Positions 1-12,125 of a stretch of 64,000 nucleotides of DNA are shown here, piece by piece (the stretch's first letter is position 1; each line of letters opens with the position of its first letter). Made by a program: the position numbers and the translations under genes. The DNA lies in assembly GCA_951406725.2 (NCBI GenBank), contig OX597828.1, forward strand, positions 25,172,001 through 25,236,000, written 5' to 3'. Under the pieces are notes generated by a model that saw nothing but the letters and a program-made list of their open reading frames with translations, had not been told where the DNA came from and did not search any database. This DNA is from Octopus vulgaris (lineage: Eukaryota).

Positions 1-1850
1 AGACTCTTTGGGAGAATGTTAAAAAGATGTGGGCCCTTGAAACCCAGGCTGTTGCAGTAACTGGTCCTGAAGCATGATGGCACTGCTGGGACCTTTGGCA
101 CTATGCAGTGTCGTCCCGTTCTGGCATTGGTATAGCTTTCAATGCCAAAATTTGGCACAATTCCTTCCAGGATCTTCCAGATATATAATTCTGCATACCT
201 CTCCCGTCTCCTCTCCAGGGAGTAGAGTCTTAACTGTTTCAACCTTTCCCAGTAGCTGAGCTGTTGCAAAGAGATGATCTTCTTTGTGAATCTTCTCTGG
301 ATTGCTTCAAGGTCCGCTGTTAATTTCACACTGGTGAGTGACCATAGCTGTGGGCAGTAATTCAGGTGGCTGAGGACGAATGTCCGCCAGAGCACCATCA
401 TGGTTTTCTTATCTCTGGTTCTGAATGTTCTTAGGATCCATTCAGCCATTCGTCTGCACTTTGTCGCCATCCTGGTAATGTGCACTTGGAAAGAGGTATC
501 ATCACTCATGTCGATACCCAGTTCCCTCACTGAATTAGGCTCTGGGATTGAAATTCCTTGTGGACCAGTGTACCCTGTAAGTTTCATATTCAGTTTTGGA
601 TGCTGGTAGTGCAGGGCTTGGAATTTTTCAGCATTAAACTGCATATTATTGTCCTCAGCTCATCTGTAAATTGAGTCCAACTCCAGCTGCAGTTGTGCAA
701 CATCGCTGGGGTTCTGTATTTTCTGCGAGACTTTCCTATCATCTGCATAGCTTGCCAGAATGGCTATCCGGTCATTTGAGGGCATATCTGAGAGGGCCAC
801 TATAAAAAGCACTGGTCCCAAGACAGTGCCATGTGGAACACCACTCACTATTTGTGTGTTCATAGAGGTGGCTCCATTAGCCACTACTGTCTGACGCCTA
901 TCTTTCAGGAAGTCATGTAACCACTCTCCAAGTTTTCCAGCTATGTCAAGGTCACACAGTTTGTGGCATATCATACCATGATCCACCTTGTTAAAAGCTT
1001 TTGCAAAATCAAGGTATATTACGTCCACATTTGATTTGTTGAGTAACTGCATCAACACCCAGTCTTAATGTTGTAAGAGCTGGGTCAGGCAGCTCCTACC
1101 TGGTCGAAAACCATGCTGGGTATCTCTCAGTAAGTTATTTTCTTCAAGGAATGTGATTAGTTTCCCTCTGACTATCTGTTTCATGACTTTGCTGATGTGT
1201 GAAGTCAGAGAGATAGGCCTATAGTTTTTGGCATCTGCTCTACTTCCCCCTTTATGTATTGGGCATATTATTCCCTCCTTCAGCTTGCTTGGCAGCTCTG
1301 CCAGGGCATGCTTACATGATTTGAAGAGGATTGCTGGGAAACCATCAGGACCAGCAGTTGAGTTTGTGTCCACTTCATCTATGGCTAGTAGTATATTTTC
1401 TTCGCTAATGTCAATGTATTCCATTGTAACTGCCTCGCTGGTTATAGGTGAGGCGGCAAAGAAGTCCACTGGTTCGTTCACTTGTCTGTGTTCCAACGGG
1501 GTGGTAAAGACACTTTTGAACTGGTCATTCAGTATCTCACTGATCTTAGTTGGACTGTCCGTGAGGGACCCATCCTTTTGGAGGAGGGGTCCTATCATGT
1601 ACTGAGACTGTTTCTTTCACATAATTAAAGAAGGCCTTTGGGTTTGACTTAATGTTTTTTATAACCCAGGCTTCTTTGTCTGCTTTCTCCCTCACATAGG
1701 ATTGTTGCAGCCTTTTTTCGATCTCCATCAGTGTTGTTTTTAGGCAGGATGTTTCACTACTTTTGGGATGTTGGTTGAGTTGATTTGCAACTTTCGTCCG
1801 TCATCTCATGAGGATCTTCCTCTCCCTTGGAATCTTGCTCCTATTTGTAT
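1..1850 (-). mobile_element. Degenerate CR1/L2-group LINE, ORF2 (RT) region
   Basis: Broken ORFs 1546-1728, 1065-1598 (KNYRPISLTS, QHGFRPGRSCLTQLL) and 660-1058 (DVIYLDFAKAFNKVDH, SGVPHGTVLGPVLF, YADD) carry non-LTR RT motifs with stops and frameshifts. Runs off the window start. Confidence 0.9.
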
Positions 1851-1879
1851 AGATACAGACATATATATATATATAAATA

Positions 1880-2900
1880 TATGTCCATTTTCCGTGCTAG
1901 CATGGGTTGGACGGTTCGACTGGGGTCTGGGAAGCCAGGAGGCTGCACCAGGCTCCAGTCTGATCTGGCAGTGTTTCTACAGCTGGATGCCCTTCCTAAC
2001 GCCAACCACTCCGTGAGTGTAGTGGGTGCTTTTGACGTGCCAGGGGAGGCTGGCAGTGGACACGATCAGTTGGTGCTTTTTACGTGCCACCGGCACAGAA
2101 GCCACATTTGAATGGTGCTTTTTATGTGCCACCGGCACAGGTATCACAACTACAATTTCCATTTGGTATTTATTTTGATGTTGATGTACTTGACTCAAAA
2201 GGTCTCCTCAAGTACAGCAGGTCATGTGCACCGGCACAGAAGCCAGTCAAGGCAACGCTGGCATTGGCCACGTTCAGAAGGTGCTTTTTACGTGAAGCCG
2301 GCACAGGTATCACGTAACTACAATTTCCATTTGATATTTGTTTTGATACTGATATTGATGTACTTGACTCAATAGGTCTCCTCATGCGCAGCAGGTCACC
2401 TTACAATCCAAGGTAAGCACAGCAGGTCACCTTACGATCCAGGGTAAGCACAGCAGGTCGTTCGGCAATCCAGGTACTTTGGATGGGCTGGAGCCATGTG
2501 AAACTGCTGGAAGAAGCAGACCGGGTCTTTGCAGTCACAGCATATCTCCAGAGATCTCGGTCTTTCGTCATTGCCTCTGTGAAGCCCAACGTTCGAAGGT
2601 CATGCTTGACTACCTCATCCCATGTCTTCCTGGGTCTACCTCTCCCCCTGATACCTTTAACTGTTTGGGAGTGGCATTTCTTCTCACATCTCTCCTCATC
2701 CATCCGCAGTACATGACCATACCAGCGCAAACATCTCTCTTGCACATGACATCTGATGCTTCTTATGTCCAGCATTTCACTCAGGGCGCTTACACTCTGT
2801 CGTGTGTGCACACTGACATTACACATCCAGCGGATCATGCTAGCTTCATTTCTTTCAAGTCTACGCATGTCCTCTGCAATCACAGCCCATGTTTCACTGC
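1880..2900 (-). mobile_element. RTE-clade LINE, 3' part (ORF C-terminus plus repetitive 3'UTR)
   Basis: ORF 2401-2883 (MIRWMCNVS...RCLRWYGHVLRM...GRGRPRKTWDEVV) is a typical RTE C-terminus. The 3'UTR is shared with copies at 4.4, 7.8, 15.6, 32.2 and 63.4 kb. Confidence 0.9.
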
Positions 2901-3838
2901 TGTTAGTTTACGACCGTACGTGGAGTTTGGTGACATATTTCTCCTCTTGTTCAGCGCACGGCCGCATCCCAACATAACATATTTTATGCCATACTACATG
3001 TTTATATACAGTGCCAAAGTACATGAATAAAGGACGGCAAAAACTGTTCTACTTTTATAAAGAGAAGATAGATTTTATTCACAGTGTACAAAGTGATTTG
3101 TGATTATTAGCATAGTGTTGTGTCATGAATGCATGCTTATAATATTTGTGTCTGTGTGTTCAGAATAAGGTGCATGCGAATACAACAGAGCATAAGAGAA
3201 GTCCCAACAATTTGAGTTAAAATGGAGTTATTTTACCAGTTCATGTAGTACATGATAATGAGTTCTATAACAAGATTTGAATCTCGGAGCGGAGATTAGT
3301 TGACTCACTTGTTGTGCATATTTTTCTCTTGATATAGATATTCTTTTAGATATATATACTGCAACTGTTTTTCCGTGGTGAGATTTTCACACTAACAGCA
3401 TGAGTTGAATCTGTATTTATCTTGTTGTGTACAAATTGAAATCTTCGTAGATGGAGACGATGCTGGTGATGATGTTCTGTCTGCTGCTGGTTTACAATAG
3501 CATCTTCATAGTATGGTTGGCTTGGCTGTCGTCTGCCTTTCGAACTGGAACATGGTTGAGTAAGCTCTTAAAAGGTCTTAAGCCGAAAGATGGTGAATCA
3601 TCAAATAATCAGCCTATTTAGGGAGTTAAGATGGCTCAAATGAAAGGTCCTATCCAAAAGCCATGATTGGTCAGTTTACACACTGGCGCGAAATAAGTAG
3701 AGAGACAGACTGCGCTTTGATGATAACCAATCAGATCAGTGGACACAACAAGGTTAAACTAGCCAAAGATGTTTGTAATCTCAAATGTGATCATTCCTAA
3801 TGTTTTTCTCAAACAGTGAAGATAGCAATATTGCTACA
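2901..3838 (-). mobile_element. Candidate solo LTR (938 bp) interrupting the RTE copy
   Basis: Starts TGTTAG and ends CTACA, flanked by ctgc/ctac (4 bp, 1 mismatch). Removing it rejoins RTE coding sequence AMLHGS|ETWAV. The minus strand has CCAAT (~3665), TAAATA (~3615) and AATAAA (~3075) in LTR order. Confidence 0.55.
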
Positions 3839-4412
3839 CTACCGTGAAGCATAGCGGTTCGCACACATGCATCATACAATCTACCTTTCACTCTGAGCGA
3901 GAAACCCTTTGTCACCAGTAGGGGTAGGAGCTTTCGAAACTTTGCCCAGGCTATTTGTATTCTAGTGATGACACTCTCTGAGCATCCACCTCCACTACTA
4001 ACTTGGTCACCTAAGTAGCAGAAACTATCAACTACTTCTAGTTTCTTCCCCTGAAGTGTGATGGAATCTGTTTTCTGAGTATCTGTGGTGCCTATTGCCC
4101 CTGTGCATCTGCTGCACATGAAAGCTATCTTATCAGTTAATTTTCCTTTGATGTTGCTGCACCTCTTATGCATCCATAGCTTACACTGGGTACATCTTAT
4201 GGAGTTTCTACCTACACCTTTTCAACAGATCAAGCAGGGTCACCTGCCTGGGGGTGTGTGATGAGTTCGCCTTTCTGCTTACTATAACTTTGGTCTTTGC
4301 TAAATTTACTCTAAGGCCTTTTGATTCTAAACCTTGCTTCCACACCCGAAATTTCTTTTCTAGTTCCGGTTGTGATTTTGCTATGAAGGCCAGGTCATCA
4401 GCATAGAGGAGC
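3839..4412 (-). mobile_element. RTE-clade LINE, RT C-terminal half with PHD-like C4HC3 insert; 5' truncated at YADD
   Basis: Translates LLYADDLAFI...GLRVNLAKTKVI, then a frameshift, then C-x2-C...CTQC-x4-H-x2-C...CSRC, LEVVDSFCYLG and AMLHGS. Continues the 1880-2900 fragment. Confidence 0.88.
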
Positions 4413-5022
4413 TTCGAATTTTAGGCCTCACCAAGGAAATGACTTGTGACCGAGACCTTTAGAAATATGCTGTGCTTAAGAAGATCCGGCAAGCCAAATT
4501 AGACCATAACCTCATGGCCTATGCTAGGGGCATAACCAGCCCACTTATGCGTACCTTTTCCTTCTTTGGACACTAAACTCTGCTTGCAAAGACCTGTCGA
4601 GGTAAATGAAATCAAAATCAAATTCGATGACTGGCATCCGTGCTTGTGGGGTGCAAAGAGTACCAAACGTGTGTGATCGTTGCTAGAGTGGCTAACTGGC
4701 TTCCATGCTGGTGGCATGTAAAAGGCACCATTCGAGTGTTATTGTTACCAGCATCGCCTTACTGGCACCTGTGCTAGTGGCATGTGTAAAAAGATTTGAG
4801 CGTGGTTGTTGCCAGTACCGCCTGACCTGCCCCTGTGTCAGTGGCACGTAAAAGCTCCCACTACACTCTCAGAGTGGTTGGCGTTAGGAAGGGCATCCAG
4901 CTGTAGAAACTCTGCCAGATCAAGATTGAAGCCTGGTGCAGCCATCTGGTTCGCCAGCCCTCAGTCAAATTGTCCAACCCATGCTAGCATGGAAAGCGGA
5001 CGTTAAACAATGATGATGATGA
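4411..5022 (+). mobile_element. RTE-clade LINE 3' end (second subfamily) with (TGA)n tail
   Basis: Begins at LRILGLT-type codons. The 3'UTR matches the reverse complement of 7830-8400 and ends cccatgctagcatggaaagcggacgttaaacaatgatgatgat. Confidence 0.88.
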
Positions 5023-5089
5023 TATAAGTAAAAAGTATAAAGAGATAAAAAGCTTGTACGTGGATCAATATAGAAAGCAAATTCTATCT

Positions 5090-6185
5090 GTAATCTTGGG
5101 GGGGGGGACCAAAAACGTAACAAATATTTTGCTACGTAAGGGCATGATCCGAAAAGTTCAGTTCTTGAATTCAGACATGTAGCAGGGTCTAAGCTGCTTT
5201 TCCAGATGAGCCATCTTTCCATATCACATAGACTGCACCACTGCCGTTGGTGTAGGGCTTACACTTGGCTAAGATCTTTCAATGGATGTTGTAACTGATA
5301 CCTTTATCTTTTAATGACCATATATAACTGGATAATTTGGTCGTTTTCCTTTTATCCCAGTGCCTGAAGCTCAAGGTGCGATTAGTGAATCTGGCCTTGA
5401 AATTACCCTCTGTAAGGCCCACGTATTTCTTCGTCGAAACCGTATCCTTAGTGGATATAGAGTCCACAGTGGCTTCGTTAATGATGGTCTTGGACATGCA
5501 AGCTCCATTTAGTGGGCACAAACTTTTATCCCTGCATGAACAGCTGGTTTCGTATTGTGGTTTTTGTGTGTTGTGTGCGATTATATTTTTAAAATTGGTA
5601 GTTGAGCTGAAACTGATTTTTAAGTTATGTCTATTGAAGAGCTTTCTGTAGGTAATGTTGACTGGAAAATGTCTATCTATCAGTGCTTAGAAATACTTGC
5701 CTATATTGAAGGTCACCTCAGGTGAGTAGGGGTGTGTGAACCAGATAGTTTTCCTATTCCTATGTTTCCCATTCTTTATTGTTGGACTTGTGGCAGGAGT
5801 ATAGGTTATTTCCTCGCTAAAACCACTTTCTTGTAGAGCCTTATTATATACTGGGGCAATGCTATTAAAAATGTCCCTATCGGAGGAGAGGCTAGAAATT
5901 CTCTTGCTAATGTTTTTAACTAAATTCTTAAACACTATGGGGGGATGATAGGAACCCACATTAATATGACTAGGTCTATCATTGGGCTTTCTATAAGGCT
6001 TATGAATGTTCTTATTTAGATCTAAGGATATATCTAGGAAATTGACAACTGTCAGGTTGGTGTCTGTAGTTATTATACTAAGTCCGAAGATTTTCATCAA
6101 ATGAATAATGTCCTTCCTAAACCGATCCTATGCTGGTCCATTGGTATTTGCGGTTCAGGCGAGGGCATCATCTTTGTAGATGACG
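5090..6185 (-). mobile_element. Penelope-like retroelement remnant (RT C-terminus plus GIY-YIG endonuclease)
   Basis: YKDD near 6170. ORF 5687-6100 reads VNFLDISLDL..KPYRKPND..HINVGSYHPP. ORF 5279-5521 reads CPLNGAC..KKYVGLTEGNFKARF..SF..TKLSSYIW, a Penelope GIY-YIG signature. Confidence 0.9.
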
Positions 6186-6219
6186 AAAAGCGCATGAGAG
6201 GGAAAGCAAAGGATATATA

Positions 6220-6385
6220 TAAGCATGTATATATGTAAGTCTTTGTGTGTGTCTTTGTCTCTGTGTTTCTCCCTCATCACTGCTTCACAACTGCTGTTCG
6301 TTTATTTACATCCTAATAACTTACTGGTTTCACAAGAAGAAACTAGTAGAATAAGTACCAGGCTTATCAAAATAAAAAAAAAGCA
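6220..6385 (+). mobile_element. Degenerate 3' half of the CORE-like tRNA SINE
   Basis: Similar to 17430-17560 (ctgcttcacaac...agaataagtaccaggctt). Confidence 0.55.
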
Positions 6386-6535
6386 CTAGGCAGTGTCTCA
6401 TATTTTTGTTTGCCCACTCAGTTGTATCTATCAATTTATCTTTGTGTGTGTGTGTATATATATAAATGTATATATATAAAACACACACACACACACACAC
6501 ATATATATACAGGTATGTATATGTGCATCTTCATA

Positions 6536-7165
6536 TCTATTATATCAAAGTTAGTGTCTTTATGTGTGTTTGTGTGTTACTTATACATTCAAAAACTGCT
6601 GCAATGATCCTAATGAAATTTGGAACACAAAATCCAAGCCTAGGGAGAAGGGTAATGCTGTGTGTTTCATACAATTTCATGGACCAAAATTACTGAATGG
6701 ATCCTTATGATATTTGGAACTTAGATTCAATGCATAAGGGCGGGTATAGCGCAATATGTTTGGTTTGAATTTCAGTTAGCTTAAAGGGGGCAGAACCCCC
6801 ATGAAAATTCATAAATTTTCGATGTTGATGAAATTTCAACCATGGATAATTGACACACATCAAGAAGTATTCTCAAAGTTTCCACTTCTCGTGAGGATTC
6901 TAAGACACCCTAATGGGAGCCTTAACTCCTAAATTTTAGTAATTTCTTTTATGATCCAAAAGTACTGAATGAATCTTTACAAAATTTGGAAATTATATTC
7001 TATGCATAAGGGCCATAACCCCCATGACAATTCATATATTTTTGCTGTTGATGAAATTTTAACCATAGATATTAGACACAAATGAAGTAATATTTATAAA
7101 ATTTCATCTTCTTACAAGTTAGAAAGACCCCTTCATGGGGACTTAACACCCACAATTTGGTCATT
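6536..7165 (+). mobile_element. 5' part of a non-autonomous Helitron-like element with an internal ~273-bp duplication
   Basis: Starts a|TCTATTATATCAAAG followed by a GT-rich tract, like the Helitrons at 39752 and 61537. The unit tactgaat..tttggaa..tgcataagggc..gttgatgaaattt occurs at ~6690 and ~6963. No CTAG/hairpin 3' end seen. Confidence 0.5.
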
Positions 7166-7685
7166 TTATCTATGCAAAGACGAATACACTTGTACTCTTG
7201 GAAGCTGTAGGGTCACCTGAGCATAAAAGATGAACATTATTTGTAATTCAGTGGTACAACAGTGTAAGAGTTTGCTTTGAGATATACTTACATTGTGATT
7301 TCTGCAATGTGGTGCATGAATTGTCAAGTAAATGAGAGGCATCTTTGACTCCACTGATTCAGTTGCAAAGTGTTGAGGAAAGTTATTTGGTTGCAGACCT
7401 CCTTTCAGTATTTTCATTATCACTGGGTCACACGTAGTCCCCAGATAGCAACATTGATTTCAAAGCCTTCCCAGATGAGTGACTGGTTATTCAAAGACCT
7501 TTATAGATTGTAAATTTATTCTGTCCACTTATGTATCAGTGGTCATTTGTAAACTCCAGAGGTGACACTTTCATTTCTCCTTAGCCCTCATGTCACACAG
7601 TTGTTAATGTCACGGCCTTCCAATTGCTATAGATCCGTAATGCATCTTTCAGCTGTGCCTGTCACCTGTATGGTGAAGAATCCTA

Positions 7686-7740
7686 CACATACATGCATGC
7701 ATACATACATACATACATACAATGTAAATGTGTGTGTATA

Positions 7741-7790
<50 letters not shown>

Positions 7791-7793
7791 AAA

Positions 7794-7827
<34 letters not shown>

Positions 7828-7828
7828 A
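7686..7828. repeat. (CATA)n/(TA)n/(TG)n compound microsatellite
   Basis: Directly visible. Confidence 0.9.
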
Positions 7829-7829
7829 A

Positions 7830-9810
7830 ATCATCATCATCGTTTAACGTCTGCTTTCCATGCTAGCATGGGTTGGATGATTTGACTGGCAGAGTTTCTA
7901 CAGCTGGATGCCCTTCCTAACGCCAACCACTCTGAGAGTGTAGTGGGTACTTTTATGTGCCAGTCAGGTGGTACTGGCAACAGCCACAAATAAAAAAATC
8001 GTTTTTTTTTTTCTTTACATGTCACCTGCACACTGGCACATGTGCCAGTAAGGCAGCACTGGTAACGATCACACTCAAATGGTGCGTTTTATGTGCCACC
8101 GTCACGAATGCCAGTTAGCTGCTCTGGTAACGATCACGTTTGGATGGTGCTCTTAGTGCTCCACTAGCATGGATGCCAGTCATCGAATTTGATTTTGATT
8201 TCACTTGCTTCAGCAGGTCTTTGCAAGCAGAGTTTAGTGTCCAAAGAAGGAAAAGGTATGCATAAGTGGGCTAGTTACACCCCTGGCTTAGGTTATGGTC
8301 TCACTTGGCTTGCCATGTCTTCTCAAGCACAGCATATTTCCAAAAGTCTCGGTCACTGGTCATTGCCTCGGTGAGGCCTAATGTTCGAAGGTCGTGCTTC
8401 ACCACTTCACCCCAGGTCTTCCTGGGTGTAACTCTTCCACAGGTTCCCTCAACCACTAGGGTGTGGCACATTTTCACACAGCTATCCTCATCTGTTCTCG
8501 CCACATGACCATACCAGTGCAGTCGTCTCTCTTGCACACTACATTTGATGCTTCTTAGGTCCAACTTTTCTCTCAAGGTACTTACACTCTGTCGAGTATG
8601 CACACTGACATTACACATCCATCAGATCATACTAGCTTCATTCCTCGCGAGCTTATGCATATCCTCAGCAGTCACGGCCCATGTTTCACTGCCATGTAGC
8701 ATGGCTGTTCATACACATGCGTCATACAGTCTACCTTTTACTCTGAGCGTGTATCACCTGGTTAACTATACGGGTGACTAGGCTATAGGCGATACTGCCA
8801 GATATTTTGAGCATCTCTGCAGTGATTCCTGATGGACCGGGGTCTTTTCCTGTCTTCATACTCTTAATTGCTTTATCTATCAAGGTTCTGTCAACTCGGA
8901 TAGCAGGTCTCTCTGTGGGGTCGACATTTTGCAGATTCTCTTTCTCCCATTCATTTTCTTTATTCAGCAACCTTTCATAGTGGTGTCTCCAAACCTCACT
9001 CTTTGCAGCCTCGTCTAGTGCAAGTGAACCATCATCCATGCGAACATATTTCTCTCCTACAACATGATGATTCTCTCTCACACACTGTCTTGCAACACGA
9101 AATACCTCAAGTCTTTGGTCCTCACAGCGCAGAACATTGGCAAATTTTTTTCTATCTGCTTCTCCTCTGGGTAAATAAACCTGCCTCCTAGCTTCCCTTC
9201 TGGCAGTCTGATACAATTCCCTGCTACCACTGTTCCTCCAGTCCTTCTAAGCCTGTTTCTTTTCTCTAACCACATTGTTCCACCACCATGTTATTTTGGG
9301 TCGAGAGGGGACTTTCACCATCCACAGTTCTGGTCAGTGGCCCTCAGCAGATTGTCCCATAGAAACCTCCAGTTGTCTTCTACATTATGAAGTTATATCC
9401 TCTGCTATGTTGTCAAAGGCTTTGAGTAATATGTCTCTAAATCTCAGTCAATTGGCAGGATCTTTAAGCTTCCAGAGCTTTCTCCTCCACGCTGGTCATC
9501 TTCTGGGCATACACTTAGTCCTGATCCTGAAGTCACTAACTACCAGTCTATGTTGTGGGGTACATTCTTTGCCTGGGAAGGTTTTGGCATTTATAAGCAG
9601 CCATCTTTCCCTTTTTCTGGTGAGGATGTAGTCAATTTGGCTAGTGTGTCTACCAAAACAGTAGGTGACTAGTTGACTGGCAGGTTTTCTGAAGTTAGTA
9701 TTGCAAACCATAAGATCATTTGCATTGCAGAACTCCAGCAGCCTGGTTCCCTCCTCATTGCGGGAGCCAAGACCATAGCCTCTGTGTATGCCATGGAAGC
9801 CCCCGATATG
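7830..9810 (-). mobile_element. RTE-clade LINE with APE endonuclease C-terminal part; RT core deleted
   Basis: ORF 9496-9825 reads [40 protein letters not shown] (APE). ORF 8731-9216 reads MKTGKDPGPSGITAEMLK then jumps (~8748) to LRVKGRLY/AMLHGSETW. (CAT)n tail at ~7832. Confidence 0.92.
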
Positions 9811-9814
9811 TAAA

Positions 9815-9845
9815 TTTGTATACATATATGTATATATATGTAAAC

Positions 9846-9897
<52 letters not shown>

Positions 9898-9960
9898 GTA
9901 TATATATATGTATGTGTATATATATATGTATGTTTATATATATATATATATATATATATT
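9815..9960. repeat. (TA)n/(TATG)n microsatellite
   Basis: Directly visible. Confidence 0.9.
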
Positions 9961-10680
9961 ATTTTATTTTGTAGTTTCAGTTCAGAGCTGTGGCCATGCT
10001 GGAGCCCTGCTGTTTCGCTACACTATTATTACTGAGAGTCACCTCTAATATGTGGCACTTGATGAAGAATGGAATTTGATGTAGCTACCCTCACTTGCAC
10101 CTTCGCTCCAAGGAGTAGAGTCTTAGCTGTTTCAGCCTCTCCCAGGAGCTGAGTTTGGATTACATCAAAATCCGCTGTTAATTTTACACTGTTGGGTAAT
10201 GATAGCTGGGAGCTGTAATCCAGGTGACTGAGGACGAATGTCCTGCAGAAGACTGCCATGGTTTCCTTATCTCTTGGTTTTGAATGTTCTCAGGATCCAT
10301 CCAGCCAGTCGTCTGCACTTTGTTGCCATCCTGGTAATGTGCACTTAGAAAGAGGTATCATCACTCTTGTCGATACCCAGGTCCCTCACTGATTTAGGCT
10401 CTGGGATTATACTTCCCTGTGGACCAGTGTAACCTGTAAGTTTCATATTTAGTTTTGGACGCTAGTAGCACAGGGCTTGGAATTTTTCAGCATTAAACTG
10501 CATATTACTATCTTTAGCTAATCTGTAAATTGAGTCCAACTCCTGCTGCAGTTGTGCAACATCGCTGGGGTTCTGTATTTTCTGTGAGGCTTTCATATCG
10601 TCTGTGTAGCTAGCAAGGCAGTTGAGGGCATATTTGAGAGGGCCACTATGAAAAGCAGTGGTCCCAAGACAGTGCCCTGT
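9960..10680 (-). mobile_element. CR1-type LINE 3' fragment with internal deletion and intact 3' tail
   Basis: 10105-10680 aligns by eye to about 215-830. The 3' end reads ctccagcatggccacagctctgaactgaaactacaaaataaaat on the minus strand. Confidence 0.85.
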
Positions 10681-10699
10681 CTTATGCTTTAATTAGACA

Positions 10700-12125
10700 G
10701 CACATGGATACCCTTGGCATCATCGTGGGAGGTGACTGCACCAAGGATGACAAAAAGGATGAAGAAAGTTTCAAGGGCCTAACAGTCCCTCAAAAGAACA
10801 AAACAAAAGCCATGACTGAGAGGCCTGCAATGGACGGAAACAATGATCCTGGTCCGGCGCTAAACATGTCAGAAGACCAAACAATTATGAATACCAAAGA
10901 AAAGATGAAAATAAAATCAACAGAACAAAAACTGTTAGAAGCAAAGAAGAGTGAAAAGTTAAAGAAAGGGAAAAGTATGAAACACCAAAAAATGTTGGCA
11001 TGAAACAGAAGACCCCAAACTAAAGCTAAAGGCGGTACAAGGTCAAAAGCAGGAGCATTGCAAATTTTACCAGCAAGGATACTGCTGGCATGGTGATGAT
11101 GGTGCAAACTGTCACTTTGCACATCAGAAGCCCTGCCAAAACCGCATGGGCCCAAGACGATATTCCCTTTCACAAGGAGGACAAAAGGAAAGGCACCAAA
11201 GAAGATAAAATGGCACACTATCTACTCCCGAAAGATGATATGTGGCTGTAGTATGTGGCCGAACAAAAGCCAACTTCACCCAGATGTGAAAAGGGCAGCA
11301 GCTTAACAGCAATCATTTTTGAGCATGACTCAAAAGATTGTTCAGTAGCTGACCTGGCTTCAAATACGAACCTAGAGCTACACCCATATTGTTTCATAAG
11401 CAATATGGACATTATCCTTAATGTTAAAGTGACACCAATGCTGGTCTCAGAGCACAACATAATAGAGCTGTCTCCTGCAGACATACAGCCTATATGAAAC
11501 ACCCAGAATCTCTCCAAACTAAATTTTCATAAAGCAAACTGGAAGGAGGTTGAGATAGAGATCCTCAAACAGAATTGGCCTAAATGTCCCTCCACACCAG
11601 ACATTGACATGAAACAAACATTTCAAGTCCATATGTATCAGATGTGTCCTAGTGTGCAAGGCCAACATACACAAAAAATAGGATCCATAGAGAAAGAAAG
11701 ATTCTTATGAGACGATGGACAAAGATTGTAGACCATCTGAACAAGCACCCCAAAAGTGGTGAGAAGTCTCACCTGGAGAGAGCACTATTGGAGATCTATT
11801 GGAGAAAAGTTTGCATCAGTCTCATGAAAAGGAGAGAGCAGATAAAGAAGCTTGGGTTTTAGAAAATATCAAGTTGAACCCTTAAGCGTTCTTTATTTTT
11901 GTCAAAGAAACAGCCTTAGAATGCCACAAGATAGGACCCTATCTTCCAAAAAGATGGCGCCCTCACAGGAAACCCCATGAGGATAAGTGAAATACTGAAC
12001 GAACAGTTCCAAAGTGTATTCACTGCATCTCTGGGACAGGCAAGTGAACAAACCAGCAGAATTCTTTGCCATTTTACCTGTAACCAAAGAGGCAAAAACT
12101 GAGTACATCAACATTGAAGAAGATG
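10700..12125 (+). mobile_element. CR1-type LINE 5' region: ORF1 remnant with CCCH zinc finger, APE C-terminus and linker
   Basis: CKFYQQGYCWHGDDGANCHFAH at 11059-11124. DIILNVKVTPMLVSEHNIIEL (SDH motif) and LNFHKANW follow. 11670-12120 is homologous to the reverse complement of 1400-1850. Confidence 0.8.

Noticed and set aside
2020-2310. CRISPR-like pattern of ~25-bp palindromic repeats with variable spacers
   Set aside because: Spacers recur and vary widely in length, the repeats lie in the 3'UTR of every RTE copy, the DNA is eukaryotic and no cas genes are present.
3040-3830. Penelope terminal repeat or Helitron 5' end
   Set aside because: No hammerhead core or CTAG/hairpin end was found. 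TG..CA termini with a 4-bp TSD explain the segment better.
3839-5022. Twin-priming 5' inversion of a single RTE insertion
   Set aside because: The minus fragment continues exactly into the 1880-2900 copy once the 2901-3838 insert is removed, so it belongs to that element.
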